DNA of 64,000 nucleotides from Candidatus Poribacteria bacterium (GCA_965208325.1 OZ242326.1:3552001-3616000), one strand, 5' to 3'. Positions 30,977-42,867 are shown, numbered from the stretch's first letter. Translations and numbers: made by a program. Notes: generated from the letters alone by a model not told the origin.

Positions 30977-31080
30977 CGATGGGTTGCGCTACGTTCTTGT
31001 TCGAGTTGATGCAGTATCGAATAACCGGGTTCAATTGGAGTGCGAGACATATTTCATTGAATCCGCGCTACCCAACCTAC
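30977..31080. repeat. About 104 bp REP-like element
   Basis: CGATGGGTTGCGC...TTCATTGAATCCGCGCTACCCAACCTAC. Confidence 0.75.
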
Positions 31081-31096
31081 GTTGCTACGTTACTCA

Positions 31097-32509
31097 TTAC
31101 TTACCCACCGCGTTGAGCATGTCGGAGAGGTTTACGAACTTGTCACGGACTTTTCCTGCTTTTTTCCCGTTCTCGGTCTCTAGGGAATCCAGTTTCTTCC
31201 AGTCTGCGAAAGTCAGATAGACGATGTTTCTGGAACTCAAGAGCCGTTCGACGGCTTGCGGCTGCATATTTTCGGACACCGGCGCGACTTTACCGTCAAT
31301 GTCCTCCATCATGCAGCGGACGGTCTCTGCTGAATCCGGTTTGTTGTCGCCCACGAGTCCTGAAGGACCGCGCTTCATCCAACCCACCACGTACTGTCCC
31401 GGTACGAATTTCCGGGTCTTGGGATCGATTACACGACCGCGTTCATTCGGGATAATTCCCCATTTCTCATGGAAGGGAACACCCGGCAGCGGGACACCGT
31501 GATATCCGACGGATCGGAAGACGGCGCCGCACGACAGGGTTTCGTATTCATCGGTTCCGCGAGGTCGGAGGCTGCCCGTGTCATCTTTATAAAGCACATT
31601 CTTCTCAATCTTGACGCCGGTCACCTTTCCATTTTCCCCTGTAATTTCGACGGGCGAACGCAGGAGTCGAAGGAAGACCTTTTTTGGATTCGTCCCCAGC
31701 CCTTCACCGGACTTTTCTGTAAGGTATGTGACATTCTGCCGCGCCTGTTTGCTATCAGTCAGTAATTTTCTGGAATCCTCGTCAAGTGCGACATCGGCGG
31801 GATCTACAACCAAGTCTACGCCTTCAAGCGCCCCAATTTCCTTTATTTCCTTCGGCGTGAAAGCTGCCTGTGCGGCGCCCCGGCGGCCGAGAATCACAAT
31901 TTCCTTTACGCGGCTTTTTCGCAAGGATTCCAGTGCGTAGTCGGATATATCGGTCTTTGCCAACTCATCGGTCGACTTTGCGAGAACGCGCGCTACATCC
32001 ATAGCCACGTTTCCAATACCCACGACGACTACGCGCTGATGATCCAGATTAAAGTGTGCATCCACGTAATCGGGGTGTCCGTTGTACCAAGCGACAAACG
32101 CGGTCGCGGTGTAACTGCCCTCGAAGGCTTCACCGGGAATATTGAGCCTTCGGTCTGTTTCATTGCCGACTGCAAATACAACCTGATCGTAGTGCGCCGT
32201 GAGGTCCTCCGCTTGCAGATCTCGTCCGAACTGGACGTTTCCGAAGAAACGGAATCGTGGATGCGCGGCAGTGCGTTCGTACACCCGAATCACATTTTTG
32301 ATTTTTTGGTGGTCTGGTGCTACCCCAAACCGAACAAGACCATACGGGGTAGGCAGCCGGTCAAAGATGTCGACATCAACAACAACGTCTTCTTGTTGGA
32401 GCAGCGCTTCTGCCGCATAAAAACCGGAAGGTCCCGAGCCGACAATGGCGGTACGAAGCGGTCTTTGCTCACTGCCCACAGGGTACTGATGATTTGTTAC
32501 CTCGGTCAT
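31097..32509 (-). CDS. Ferredoxin-NADP+ reductase (FprA/adrenodoxin reductase type)
   Basis: VGSGPSGFY, PTPYGLVRFGVAPDH, FVAWYNGHP, GIGNVAMDVAR, GWMKRGPSG. Confidence 0.93.
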   Translation of the reverse strand: MTEVTNHQYPVGSEQRPLRTAIVGSGPSGFYAAEALLQQEDVVVDVDIFDRLPTPYGLVRFGVAPDHQKIKNVIRVYERTAAHPRFRFFGNVQFGRDLQAEDLTAHYDQVVFAVGNETDRRLNIPGEAFEGSYTATAFVAWYNGHPDYVDAHFNLDHQRVVVVGIGNVAMDVARVLAKSTDELAKTDISDYALESLRKSRVKEIVILGRRGAAQAAFTPKEIKEIGALEGVDLVVDPADVALDEDSRKLLTDSKQARQNVTYLTEKSGEGLGTNPKKVFLRLLRSPVEITGENGKVTGVKIEKNVLYKDDTGSLRPRGTDEYETLSCGAVFRSVGYHGVPLPGVPFHEKWGIIPNERGRVIDPKTRKFVPGQYVVGWMKRGPSGLVGDNKPDSAETVRCMMEDIDGKVAPVSENMQPQAVERLLSSRNIVYLTFADWKKLDSLETENGKKAGKVRDKFVNLSDMLNAVGK

Positions 32510-33053
32510 ACTAAACTCCTAAAAACAGTAGCTTAATTTTATGGTCAATTCCATTCACGTTTACGCAAGTTTCGGCGGGTGCGGTTTCCAACTGCGCTTA
32601 TAAAATTTGATATAAACCGGTTCGGCTAGAAAACCGAACCTACTACGGTGTAAAAAAATAATGGGTGCATCTATTTTAATCACCTCTCACACGCCGGTCA
32701 ACGGAAATCTTAGCACGTTTGTGTTGGGATTTGTTGACATTTGACAAATTGAAGCACCACCAATCCGGTAGGTTTTGGGCGGGCACAAGACCCGTCCGTA
32801 GATTTTTTTGGCGAATTACACGGTCGATTGTTGCATTGGCAGCACCAAAATGTCAACACGCGCTATTCACGAGGATGGTTTACACATTGTGCTGGAATCA
32901 ATTAGGGCTTGGAAAACCAAATCGACAGATATGGAGTAGTGGTATCCATATATTGCTCCGTTACAGAAACAGAGTTTTTAAGAAAAAAAATTCTGTTTCA
33001 AGTTACATTCTGCGTTGCTTACACGGCTACCTTGTGTCGGCATAGCCAAGCCA

Positions 33054-33944
33054 TCAAACCTCAAATCGTGCCAATCGTTTTTGCGCGTAACCAGCTAAGC
33101 TCCGTGTCGGCGGTTCATGCAAATAGCCGACAGGTGAACAGATTGCGGTGACACTGCCAACCTGCTGATGGAACGGGAAATGGGAGTGACCAAAGAGCGC
33201 ATGGGTGACAAGCGTTTCATTTTGGCAGATTTCACCTAGCCCTTGACTGCCCATGAATGCACTAAAGAAATCCCACGGGAGTTTGCCGCGATAGCGCACG
33301 CAGGCCTGAAATGGAACGTGGTGGGTTACCACAACGATACGGCGAACTGAATCCTTAATTGTATTAATCTGACTTTGCAGTTCATTTTCAAATCGTTGTG
33401 CAACTTCTACGTCATCCGTTCCCCACTTTGCGAATTTCAAATCGTTCCAAACCGCCCCAAACAGTTGTTTTGCGGCGTATCTCTCTATCGGAATCTTGTA
33501 TGAGTCCTTTCGAAAAGAGTAGTCATACCATCCGATTGTCCCGCAAATCCCAACGTCGTTTACAACAAGCGGGTCAGTAGTGAGCGGGTGGAAACCGCAC
33601 TCGCGGCAAACCGTCTCAATGGCACAATATTTTTGCTGACTGGTGACATGTGGGCGTTCGGTAACCCAAATATCGTGATTGCCCGCCACGAATAACTTTG
33701 GACAAGCAAGACCTGACTCGGAGAATTCGGCAAGAATCTTGGCGAGTTCAAGCAGGTTGGCAGAGAGATCGCCGGCTAGGACGAATATGTCCAAATTTGC
33801 GTCTTCAGCCGCCTCAACGATATAGGGAAGTACCAGCTTATTCAGCGGGGAGGCATCGATATGAAGATCCGAAATGAGACCGATTTTCATTTGCTTCAAA
33901 ATCGGCTGATTATGAAATGTGGTTGGGTTAGGTTCACCGTGCAA
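33054..33944 (-). CDS. Calcineurin-like metallophosphoesterase
   Basis: SDLH, AGD, GNHD, THHVP, FGHSH; probable start at MKIGLISD. Confidence 0.9.
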   Translation of the reverse strand: MHGEPNPTTFHNQPILKQMKIGLISDLHIDASPLNKLVLPYIVEAAEDANLDIFVLAGDLSANLLELAKILAEFSESGLACPKLFVAGNHDIWVTERPHVTSQQKYCAIETVCRECGFHPLTTDPLVVNDVGICGTIGWYDYSFRKDSYKIPIERYAAKQLFGAVWNDLKFAKWGTDDVEVAQRFENELQSQINTIKDSVRRIVVVTHHVPFQACVRYRGKLPWDFFSAFMGSQGLGEICQNETLVTHALFGHSHFPFHQQVGSVTAICSPVGYLHEPPTRSLAGYAQKRLARFEV

Positions 33945-33952
33945 GCGAAGCG

Positions 33953-35383
33953 CTACATGGATTGAGATTCAATCTGGTCGAGTAATTCAGCGAGGAATGT
34001 GCCTAAGCCGCTATCTTCTTGAGGCTGCTGCTGTTGTGCCTGCAGGGTTTTTCGGAGCGCTTGGATTGAGACACTATCACCAATCCTGGCAATGGCATCA
34101 ACCACAGTCAGTTTAATGGTTGCATCAGTGGTAAGTCTCAGCGCGTCGATTAACACGTTTCGCGCTTTTTCTCCACCAATGTTACCGAGCGCCGACGCTG
34201 CGATGTCTTTGACACTGGCATCGCCGCCCTTAAAAGCTGCGATGAGGGCATCGACAGCGGGGGCGCCAATCTGACTGAGGGTGAGGCCTGCCTGAAAACG
34301 CACGCCTGGGATTTCCTCACCATCCTCCATCACAGCGATTAAATCTGCGATAGCGGACGAGGGTTTGAGGTTTCCCAGAATGGAGAGGCAAGCACGTCGA
34401 ATTTCTTGATCCGGTTCGACGACACGCTTGATATATTTTTTTGCCAACTCCACCATTCGCTCTGTATTTACTTTCTGGTGGAGTGCTACGGATCTGTGCC
34501 GAAATTGTGTACCGAATGGATTTGTAAGTACCGCCCGATTTTCCTCAAGGTCGACAGTGACCAGCCCAAGGATTTCAGCGGATTCACGTTGATGCTGAGA
34601 CAATTCATCCGCTGGAAGCTCGTCTGTACCCGCCCGCCTGAATTGCTGTAATAGATTGTCCAGATGCCCCAGTGTCACGAGGCGTTCCAGTGATTTGGCG
34701 GCGGGTTTCCGCAAAGAGATTTCCGGGCTATTTTCAAGGATTTCTGTTAAGTCGTCCACCGCCTGTGCATCGCCCAGATTTCCGAGGGCAATGACCGCTG
34801 CGATTTTCACGCCGATGAGTTCGGTTGTCCGGAATTTTACTTTGGAATCGTATTTGGCGAATTCACGCATTGCTTCCTTGTAGTCCTTAATTGTTTTGAT
34901 GTTTCGCTCATCAATTACGCTTTTGATGGTATCATTTACTTTAATATTGGCTATATCAGCGGGACTCCCGGGTTCGACTTTGCTGACCTGATTTCCATTG
35001 ACGGTTAAGCCGACCTTATCGCCTGTTCTTCGGACGGACATACGAATGTCTCTACCGTCCGTAAACTTCAGGATAAAATTATTGTCGTCTTTCATCGCCT
35101 TTTTCTCATCGTAGTCCCCGATTTCGTTGATGAATCGTTCGCCAATCACATAGGTGATCAGTTCGCCGGGTTCTAATTTCGCTCTGGCTGCGGGACCGTT
35201 TTCCTTGACATCAATTATTACTACCCCGGTTGTTGACCACCGGTTATCAAGGTCGCTGTCTAACTGCTGGACTTCCATTTGAAGTCGATTATCGTAATAA
35301 CGATTTTCTCCGGCGCAGCCGATCACAGACAGACAGATTAGCGTGCTTAAAAGCGCGTAAAGTTGTATTTTCCGAATCATCAA
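33953..35383 (-). CDS. Lipoprotein with two PDZ domains and HEAT/PBS-lyase repeats
   Basis: Lipobox VIGC; V..NGPAARAKL and V.PGSPADIANI PDZ motifs; repeated AA.ALG.IG. Confidence 0.75.
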   Translation of the reverse strand: MMIRKIQLYALLSTLICLSVIGCAGENRYYDNRLQMEVQQLDSDLDNRWSTTGVVIIDVKENGPAARAKLEPGELITYVIGERFINEIGDYDEKKAMKDDNNFILKFTDGRDIRMSVRRTGDKVGLTVNGNQVSKVEPGSPADIANIKVNDTIKSVIDERNIKTIKDYKEAMREFAKYDSKVKFRTTELIGVKIAAVIALGNLGDAQAVDDLTEILENSPEISLRKPAAKSLERLVTLGHLDNLLQQFRRAGTDELPADELSQHQRESAEILGLVTVDLEENRAVLTNPFGTQFRHRSVALHQKVNTERMVELAKKYIKRVVEPDQEIRRACLSILGNLKPSSAIADLIAVMEDGEEIPGVRFQAGLTLSQIGAPAVDALIAAFKGGDASVKDIAASALGNIGGEKARNVLIDALRLTTDATIKLTVVDAIARIGDSVSIQALRKTLQAQQQQPQEDSGLGTFLAELLDQIESQSM

Positions 35384-35483
35384 AATTCCTTTCCGAAAAT
35401 AGAGGTATTCGCCAAAGCCCTTGGCTTGAAATCTGGATGTTGGCGGGTATTACAGGTAACCGCGGCGTCATGAGACGATTTGG

Positions 35484-36488
35484 CTATCTCAACTCGGCAA
35501 CAACTTCTCGGCTGCCTTGTTCACCCAAAACATCCAACAGGGGCTTAACGGCTTTTTCATCTCCCAATTTTTCTAACGCTTGAATTGCGTCAACTCGCAT
35601 TGCCGATCCCTTGTTTTCGACGATTTTGACTAGCTCTTGTACGGCAGAGCCGCCAATTTTGCCTAATGCTTCAACCGCGAGCCGCCGAACTTCGGAAGCT
35701 TCTCTGTCTTCCTTGCGTTTGGCTGACCCGGAGTTGATTACCTGCACTAGCATCGGGATGGCACGCTCATCGCCAATTTCACCGAGTGCTTTGACTACAT
35801 TCAAGCGGGTTTCCATCCGTTTGTAATCCATCAATTCTTCGAGAATAGGCATAATTGTGTCTGGGTCTTGCTTTGCAATTGACGCCAATACCAACTGCGC
35901 ATCATGCCGGTCGCGATTGTCTTTGGATTTAATGGCTTTTTTTAGCGCCTTAAGAAGGTCATTCCGATCTCCCTGCGTGTAAACGAGATAGAGCGCTTCG
36001 AGCGCTGCATCTTGTACTTCGCGCGATTGGTGCCTTAAGGTTTCAAACACGAGGATTTCTAAGTATTTGCGCTCATCGTTCTGGTAGGCGATAAACATGT
36101 GCTTGCCTCGTTCTATAATAGAGGCTTTTATTATGGCTTGTGTTTGGTCTTCAGCATAGAAATCCTCAGAATCGTAATGACCGAGAAGATAGTGCGCCTC
36201 GGCGTTATCGGGCTCTTCAACAATTGCCGTTTTAAATCGCTCAACGGCGCGCGCTTCCTTATTCCGTTTTTCCGACTTGATGAGTTCTTTCCCTTTCGCA
36301 AGGTTTTCGTTTTGGCTGCCGCAGCCAATCAAAAGCATCCCAACTGGTATAAAGCACAGCTTGAAAAGTGTTTTGATCATTTTAAACTCCAAGTCCGTAA
36401 AGTGAAACATTAGGTATTTCGAATTGAGTGGACAGAATTTACGGTCAAACGACAATCCTTTACCGACTCGAACTGGGCGGCCTTTCAT
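35484..36488 (-). CDS. HEAT-repeat lipoprotein with a TPR-like N-terminus
   Basis: Lipobox LIGC; PDNAEAHYLLG; ALGEIGDERAIP, ALGKIG, ALEKLGDEKAV. The real start is probably MIKTLF. Confidence 0.75.
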   Translation of the reverse strand: MKGRPVRVGKGLSFDRKFCPLNSKYLMFHFTDLEFKMIKTLFKLCFIPVGMLLIGCGSQNENLAKGKELIKSEKRNKEARAVERFKTAIVEEPDNAEAHYLLGHYDSEDFYAEDQTQAIIKASIIERGKHMFIAYQNDERKYLEILVFETLRHQSREVQDAALEALYLVYTQGDRNDLLKALKKAIKSKDNRDRHDAQLVLASIAKQDPDTIMPILEELMDYKRMETRLNVVKALGEIGDERAIPMLVQVINSGSAKRKEDREASEVRRLAVEALGKIGGSAVQELVKIVENKGSAMRVDAIQALEKLGDEKAVKPLLDVLGEQGSREVVAELR

Positions 36489-36510
36489 TAACTCATTGCC
36501 GCGATATGGA

Positions 36511-38889
36511 CTACTTTAAGCTGACAACGATGTCGCTATCAGTAGGTTGTCCATTTTGACCGATTCGCAGTTGGCGTTCCGCATCCACTACGTCTCGATT
36601 GATATTATCAATACATCGACCAAGCTTGTCCAATAGCGCGGTGTGCCCGACCATCGCCCGGCGCATCTGTCTAAGGAGATCGATGACTAGGCGAAACGAG
36701 CGGACAAAATCGCCGTCAGCTAGGTTCACATATTGGTGAAGGTCTTCAAATTCACAACCTTGGCTCCACGCGAGGATGGCGGTACTCAATTTCGATTCCA
36801 ACTTGGGAATCTCCTCGACTACACGATGCTTCCTTTCCAATGTTTGAACGTGCTCGATTTCGCTGTCAACTTCCCGCACCATCTGTATTAATCGTTTGTC
36901 TTTCAGCTTCCGATAGTGATGAAGGTCCTTTCTCGATTCACAAACAATCGCCATGATGATTACATTGATTTCGTCTTCAACTGCGTCTTCAAAGAATCCC
37001 CTGAAAAGCAACTGGGTAATTTGAATTTCGTAACCGTAGATTTGGGAAGCAGCACGTCCTTTGGGTAGTAGTCCGGAACCATCAATGTAGCCAAGTTTTC
37101 CAAGCACTTTCAGTCGGTTGGCAATCTGGTTTCGTTGATAATTCTTGTAATATTCCCTCCGATCCTGGAGGTCACGTATGTGGTCGGCGGATTTCTCAAT
37201 TTTTTGGTACCGGGCAAGGCACACTTTTAGCTGAACACATTCGCAGCAGAGATTTTCACGTTTCGTGGATTCAATACTCCGAAGCTGCCGCTTAATACGT
37301 GTAAGTTTTTTCAAACGCAGCTTCTGACTTCCGCGTCCGCGCTGTTTTCGCTTTACCTCCGCGCGTTCCGTTCTCAAGCGGTGAGAACCTTCTTCAAGTC
37401 GGTCTAAGAGACGGTTATAACCGCTGATTTGCTCCGATGCATCAATGCCCTCATGAATGCACACGGGGTGCGGCAGCCGATTGAATTCCCGCTTTAGACC
37501 TTTCATTTCGGACTCAATTTCGCCGATTCGCTCGTAGTTCTGGAAATTACTCAGGCTTGAGGTACAGACATCATAAATTTCATCCCCGTATTTTTCATAT
37601 AGGTTCAGGATACTTGAATATGATAGATTAAACTGACTTTCGATGGGTTCAATTTTATCGGAGATGATACGCTGAATCTGATTGACATCTGCAAATCTTG
37701 GATTGACTCGCGCATAAACATAACCGACGGTATCGATTCCACGACGTCCTGCCCGCCCCGCCATCTGGTGGTATTCGCGCGCTTTCAGATATCGAAAATT
37801 AACGCCATCGTACTTTTCTAGGCTGTCGAAGACGGCAGTACACACCGGCATATTGATTCCGACAGCGAACGTCTCCGTTGTAAAAAGAAGTTGAATCCGT
37901 CCAGACGCAAACAGGTGTTCAACCACCTCTTTTAGGGTCGGCAGCATACCAGCATGGTGATATACTACGCCCTTTGAGACTAGATACCGAAACTCCTCAA
38001 TGTTCTTTTCGCCATGAATGTTGTACCGTGCGCAGAGCGAATCGAACACGCGAAGGATTTCATCGCGATTTTTAGCAGACAAAAAACTGTGGTTGGCATA
38101 ATATTCGGCGTTTTTCTCGCACCCTTTACGGCTAAAACAGAAATAGAGGCAAGGGAGTTGCCCCATCTTCTGAATATGCTGAATGAGGTCGGCGCGAATA
38201 ATCTCGGGAAATTTGGACGCGCCAATTTCGTCCACAGATTGATTGTGAAATCCTGCGTATGCAATCTCCTCCTGAATTCCGCGAAGATTGCCGATATTTC
38301 CAATTCCGTAACCCTCAAGGTAAAGGCGGTGTTGCAAAGGCACTGGGCGTTCAAGGTCTTCAACAACCTCGATTCTTCCCTCACGAACACTTCGCATCCA
38401 TTCCGCAAATTGATGGATGTTCGGGATGGTTGCGCTCAAGCAGGCGAATTTGATGTGTTGCGGTGCGAAAATGATGCTCTCTTCCCAAACCGTTCCGCGC
38501 TCAATGTCATTAATATAGTGGATTTCATCGAAGATAACATATTCGATGCCTTCTAATCGGGTGACGTCGTCGAAGATGGCATTCCGGAAAATCTCGGTCG
38601 TCATGAGTAACACTTGCGCCGATGCATTGAGCGTTACATCGCCTGTGACGATTCCGATGGCATTTCCGTATTGCTGATAAAAGTCGCGGTACTTCTGATT
38701 ACTTAAGGCTTTAATCGGAGCAGTATAGATTACGCGGCGTCCTAGCCGAATACACTTTTCGACGACATATTCGGCAATTACCGTCTTGCCGGCGCCCGTT
38801 GGCGCGGTAACGATGACGGAATGGTTTTGATCTATTGCATAGATTGCATCCTCTTGAAACCGGTCTAGCTTGAAACCTTTATAAATCAT
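36511..38889 (-). CDS. Ski2/HelY-like DExH RNA helicase
   Basis: APTGAGKT, PIKALSNQK, DEIH, SAT, TETFAVGINMP, QMAGRAGRRG, DSHCT-like C-terminus. Confidence 0.93.
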   Translation of the reverse strand: MIYKGFKLDRFQEDAIYAIDQNHSVIVTAPTGAGKTVIAEYVVEKCIRLGRRVIYTAPIKALSNQKYRDFYQQYGNAIGIVTGDVTLNASAQVLLMTTEIFRNAIFDDVTRLEGIEYVIFDEIHYINDIERGTVWEESIIFAPQHIKFACLSATIPNIHQFAEWMRSVREGRIEVVEDLERPVPLQHRLYLEGYGIGNIGNLRGIQEEIAYAGFHNQSVDEIGASKFPEIIRADLIQHIQKMGQLPCLYFCFSRKGCEKNAEYYANHSFLSAKNRDEILRVFDSLCARYNIHGEKNIEEFRYLVSKGVVYHHAGMLPTLKEVVEHLFASGRIQLLFTTETFAVGINMPVCTAVFDSLEKYDGVNFRYLKAREYHQMAGRAGRRGIDTVGYVYARVNPRFADVNQIQRIISDKIEPIESQFNLSYSSILNLYEKYGDEIYDVCTSSLSNFQNYERIGEIESEMKGLKREFNRLPHPVCIHEGIDASEQISGYNRLLDRLEEGSHRLRTERAEVKRKQRGRGSQKLRLKKLTRIKRQLRSIESTKRENLCCECVQLKVCLARYQKIEKSADHIRDLQDRREYYKNYQRNQIANRLKVLGKLGYIDGSGLLPKGRAASQIYGYEIQITQLLFRGFFEDAVEDEINVIIMAIVCESRKDLHHYRKLKDKRLIQMVREVDSEIEHVQTLERKHRVVEEIPKLESKLSTAILAWSQGCEFEDLHQYVNLADGDFVRSFRLVIDLLRQMRRAMVGHTALLDKLGRCIDNINRDVVDAERQLRIGQNGQPTDSDIVVSLK

Positions 38890-39383
38890 CTATGATTCCC
38901 CAGTGTTACACGCCATGATTATAACTGTTTCTGTGTTTTTTGTCAATTGCGAAATCTAATTGTGCGTTAGGCAGTGTATGTGCTAATCCGGCCACTTGTC
39001 GAAAATTTGCCTAATTACTGGGGGAATTCGCTTGCGGCTGAACTCAAACTGTGCTACATTTAAGACGTCAAGCGGCTGCATTAGGCGTCAAAATTGACAT
39101 TACCTCTAAATACCTGAGCGGCATTCCGAGCTGCCTTCATAAAACAACAGATTGCCCCTTCATCCGATGAGAACAGCGATTAGTGGTGAGTGACGAATGA
39201 TTCATGGCGAGTGAACCGTACAAGATAGCGCGAGGAGAACAAACGGCTCACCTTTATTTCATCAAGTGAATACCTTGACGCGTATGTTTTTTGCCCAATT
39301 TGTGTGGTGCATACATCAAGCATGATGATTATTTTCCATGCTACTCCTGTAATTTGCTGAAGCGAAGAAAGGAGGTTAAAATC

Positions 39384-39719
39384 ATGGACTTTGGCACATG
39401 GTCACCATCACACACAATGCTTGTGCTCGTAATTGTCGTGGCTTTCCTTGGACAAGTCGCCGTTTTGTTTTATCGCACTGCACAACTTGAGAAGCGGATG
39501 GACAAGCAATACAACGAATTACGAAGGTAAGGAGAACACCTCGAGAGTCGAATCGACAAACGCATTGATGAGGTCAGAGCTGAAATCAGTGATGTGCGAC
39601 CCGAAATTGCTAATCTGTGAACCGATGTTCAATCTGAAATCAATGATGTGGGAACTGAAATCAGCAAACTCAACCAGAACCACATTGAACACTTGAGGCA
39701 CCGCAACCACAGTGAATAA
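39384..39719 (+). pseudogene. Membrane-anchored coiled-coil protein pseudogene with two in-frame stops
   Basis: AGGAGG RBS and ATG at 39384; transmembrane helix; TAA at 39528-39530. The frame continues as heptads (IDEVRAEISDVRPEIANL*TDVQSEINDV...KLNQNHIEHL) to TAA at 39719. Confidence 0.7.
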
Positions 39720-40367
39720 CTTGAACGCTGATTTTATGGCTGTTTGGAGAATCGCATGAGACAACAAATTAAAATCCGCCCGGAATAATTGAGACGATAA
39801 AGAAATTAAATTTACGACATAAGAGAAGAGAAACGCCTGAATAATGATTGAAGGGAAAGGACCTACACCTTCCCCGTTCCTGATGAATTGTCTGATTGGA
39901 CAGAAAAATGTCACTTCCAATATCGTCCCGCCTTCGGAATCGTAAATCCTATCAAATCCCTTCATAAAGAAATCAGATTCACTGGCTTAATTCTGTTTAT
40001 GAACGCTGCTACGGCGCAATTCAGCAATTCGTGAGGATTCTCATAGAGTTGGGTTGCCTAGCCCTCGAATGGTATTTCCAAGATTGCCAGTCGATATGTG
40101 CGGGTCCACGTTTAGCCCCTTTAGACGTACAGTTAGAGGCATGTTTAGAACTACGTTTAGAAGTGCGGCAACTCACGCAGCGAATTGATGAATACTTTGC
40201 AGAGTTTCAGTGGAAACTAACACCTGAACGGCTACCGCTAGATGATGAAAAATGCCCCTCTAGCCGCAGGATGTTTTTCAGTTTCTTGAAGGCACTGGAC
40301 GCAGGCGCATGAAGAATGGGGGCGTTCTTCCGACGCACCCGACAAGACGATTAGTGTTTGGTGAAAT

Positions 40368-41357
40368 ATGTTCAAAAAAGCCTTGTGTATCGGCGAGTTG
40401 GTCATCGATTTTGTCTCAACAGCAACTGATAAATCCCTTGCAGAATGCGCCGGTTTCACCAAAGCGCCGGGCGGCGCGCCGGCGAATGTCGCCGTAGGAT
40501 TGTCTAGACTTGGGCTAGAATCGGGATTTATCGGCAAAGTTGGGGATGACCCATTCGGGAATTACCTGCGGAAGACACTCGAAGAGAACGGCGTGGATAC
40601 ATCGAGTCTCATATCGGGAACTGGTTGCCGTACAACGCTGGCATTTGTTGCGACGCGTTCCGACGGGATGAAGGACATTATCTGTTATCGGAATCCTGGG
40701 GCGGATATGCTTCTCACGCCTGACGAAATCAACGAAACCTACATTCAATCTGCAGATTTGTTCCACTACGGTTCGGTAAGTTTAAGCCATCAACCGAGCC
40801 GCAACGCTACGCTAAAGGCGATACAGTGTGCAAAGGACGCCGGTGCATTTATCTCCTACGATCCGAATCTGCGGTTGATGCTGTGGGATAGTCCGGCAGA
40901 TGCTAAACGCTGGATTTGGGAAGCCATGCAGTATGCAGATGTTGCAAAACTTGCCGAGGAGGAGTGGGAGTTTGTGACGGGCACATCGGATTTGCAACGC
41001 GGCAGTGAACGCATTCTGGAATCGGGCGTGGGTTTGGCCGTCGTGACACGGGGGGAGCACGGTTGTTATTTCAACGACGGTCGGATTCATGGATATTTGG
41101 ACGGGTTTCAAGTTGATGTAGCCGACCCACTTGGTGCAGGTGATGGGTTTGTTGCAGCGATGCTAGCGAAGCTGATGCAATCATTTGGCGCGGGGCGAGC
41201 GCCGGTGCAACTCGACGCGGACCAACTCCGAGAAATCATGACCTATGCGAATGCGGCTGGCGCATTGAGTACACAGCGGGTGGGGTGTATTCCGTCGCTG
41301 CCGACGGCATCGGAAATTGACGCGTTTTTGAGCTTACCTGCCGACCTCCCATGCTAG
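40368..41357 (+). CDS. PfkB family carbohydrate kinase (fructokinase-like)
   Basis: [30 protein letters not shown]. Confidence 0.93.
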   Translation: MFKKALCIGELVIDFVSTATDKSLAECAGFTKAPGGAPANVAVGLSRLGLESGFIGKVGDDPFGNYLRKTLEENGVDTSSLISGTGCRTTLAFVATRSDGMKDIICYRNPGADMLLTPDEINETYIQSADLFHYGSVSLSHQPSRNATLKAIQCAKDAGAFISYDPNLRLMLWDSPADAKRWIWEAMQYADVAKLAEEEWEFVTGTSDLQRGSERILESGVGLAVVTRGEHGCYFNDGRIHGYLDGFQVDVADPLGAGDGFVAAMLAKLMQSFGAGRAPVQLDADQLREIMTYANAAGALSTQRVGCIPSLPTASEIDAFLSLPADLPC

Positions 41358-41852
41358 ATGTTGCAATTCTGGACCGATGAGTTTCTCCCAGGCTAACTGC
41401 ACGGCTGCGGACGACCCCGGCGTCGAGATGACCACCTTCCCGCGGTACACGCCTGCTGTAGCGCGCGAGAGCATGGCTGCGGCGCCCACCTGATCGTAGC
41501 TAAACATCCGAAACAGCTCGCCGAAACCCGGCAGGGTTTTCTCAAGTTTCCGGCTCAAGACGTCAAAGGTATTATCGCGCGGAGCGATCCCGGTCCCCCC
41601 GTTGAACAAAATCACACGTGCGTCTCCGTCTGCCAACGTATCTAGCACCGCATTTACCTGTGTTGGTTCGTCCTTAATCAGTTGATACGCTGTTACCGTG
41701 TGTCCATCTTCTTTCAACCGCTGACGAAGATATGCCGCATTCTTATCCGTTTCCGGGGTTCGTGTGTCGCTAACAGTGACAATTGCCACGGGGACGGGAC
41801 CGTGTTCTTCAGCTAATTTTCTATGTTGTTCAGTGCTTGTTGAAGTTGCCAT
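41334..41852 (-). CDS. moaB: Molybdenum cofactor biosynthesis protein MoaB/MogA family
   Basis: [33 protein letters not shown]; 3' end overlaps the convergent PfkB gene. Confidence 0.88.
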   Translation of the reverse strand: MATSTSTEQHRKLAEEHGPVPVAIVTVSDTRTPETDKNAAYLRQRLKEDGHTVTAYQLIKDEPTQVNAVLDTLADGDARVILFNGGTGIAPRDNTFDVLSRKLEKTLPGFGELFRMFSYDQVGAAAMLSRATAGVYRGKVVISTPGSSAAVQLAWEKLIGPELQHLAWEVGR

Positions 41853-41964
41853 TTTTTTCTCCGTCTGAGTGGAAAGGGCAACCACAAGGGTTGCCCCTAC
41901 ATGGAATAGGTCCAATATGTGGGCAGGTCTTGTACCTGCGCAATTACCATGCAATTTCGTCGGA

Positions 41965-42729
41965 TTACGCTTTTTCTTCTTCAGCGTTTGTTATAAACGG
42001 GGTCAGTAGATCGATTGGGATTGGGAAGACGAGCGTCGAGTTTTTCTCGGCAGCCACTTCGATGAGGGCTTGTAAGAAGCGAAGTTGGATTCCGGTCGGA
42101 TTCCTGCTCAATATTGTCGCCGCCTCTGTTAACGCTGTGGACGATTCCAACTCGCCCGCGGCGTGCGTCAGTTTTGCTCGTCGTTCTCTTTCCGCTTCCG
42201 CCTGTTTTGCCATTGCGCGTTGCATCTCCGCCGGGAGATCGACGTGCTTGATTTCCATTGCGAGGACGTGAACCCCCCAGTCTTGGCTGTGCTTCCGGAT
42301 AATTGCCTCCAAGTCTTGATTAAGTTTCTCGCGTTCAGACAGGAGTTCATCGAGTTCAGCTCGTCCGAGAACGCTTCGAAGCGTAGTCTGCGCTAGTTGG
42401 CTGATGGCAAACCCGAATTCTTCCACCTCAATGACTGCCTTATCTGCGTCAACGACCCGGAAAGACAGCACCGCGTTCACATTTACCGAGACGTTGTCTC
42501 GGGTGATTACGTCTTGGGGCGTGACATCTTGTACTATGGTACGCAGGCTGACTCGCTGCATCCGCTCAATCCAGAATGGAATCAGCAGAACGAATCCGGG
42601 ACCCCGCACGCCGCTTAAACGTCCGAGCCGAAAGACAACAGCTCGTTCGTACTCTTTGAGAATGCGAACGGAAGTTAGGATAAGCACCAATCCTACAACA
42701 ATAGCAATACCTATTTCTATTTGCGGCAT
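41965..42729 (-). CDS. SPFH/stomatin (slipin) family protein
   Basis: [38 protein letters not shown]. Confidence 0.93.
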   Translation of the reverse strand: MPQIEIGIAIVVGLVLILTSVRILKEYERAVVFRLGRLSGVRGPGFVLLIPFWIERMQRVSLRTIVQDVTPQDVITRDNVSVNVNAVLSFRVVDADKAVIEVEEFGFAISQLAQTTLRSVLGRAELDELLSEREKLNQDLEAIIRKHSQDWGVHVLAMEIKHVDLPAEMQRAMAKQAEAERERRAKLTHAAGELESSTALTEAATILSRNPTGIQLRFLQALIEVAAEKNSTLVFPIPIDLLTPFITNAEEEKA

Positions 42730-42867
42730 TTACATCTCCTTGTGTTGAGTATATGTATTGAAATACGGTGCCAGTGTCCAGCGAACAGTAAATGCTAATC
42801 ACTGGTTGCTAGCTATAGCTCTTAAGAAGGGGGATTGCGCATAATCGTCCAAACCTAATCTGCGCGG

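Noticed and set aside
39519..39965. 148 aa minus-strand ORF
   Set aside because: Largely the antisense shadow of the heptad-repeat pseudogene; no recognisable motifs.
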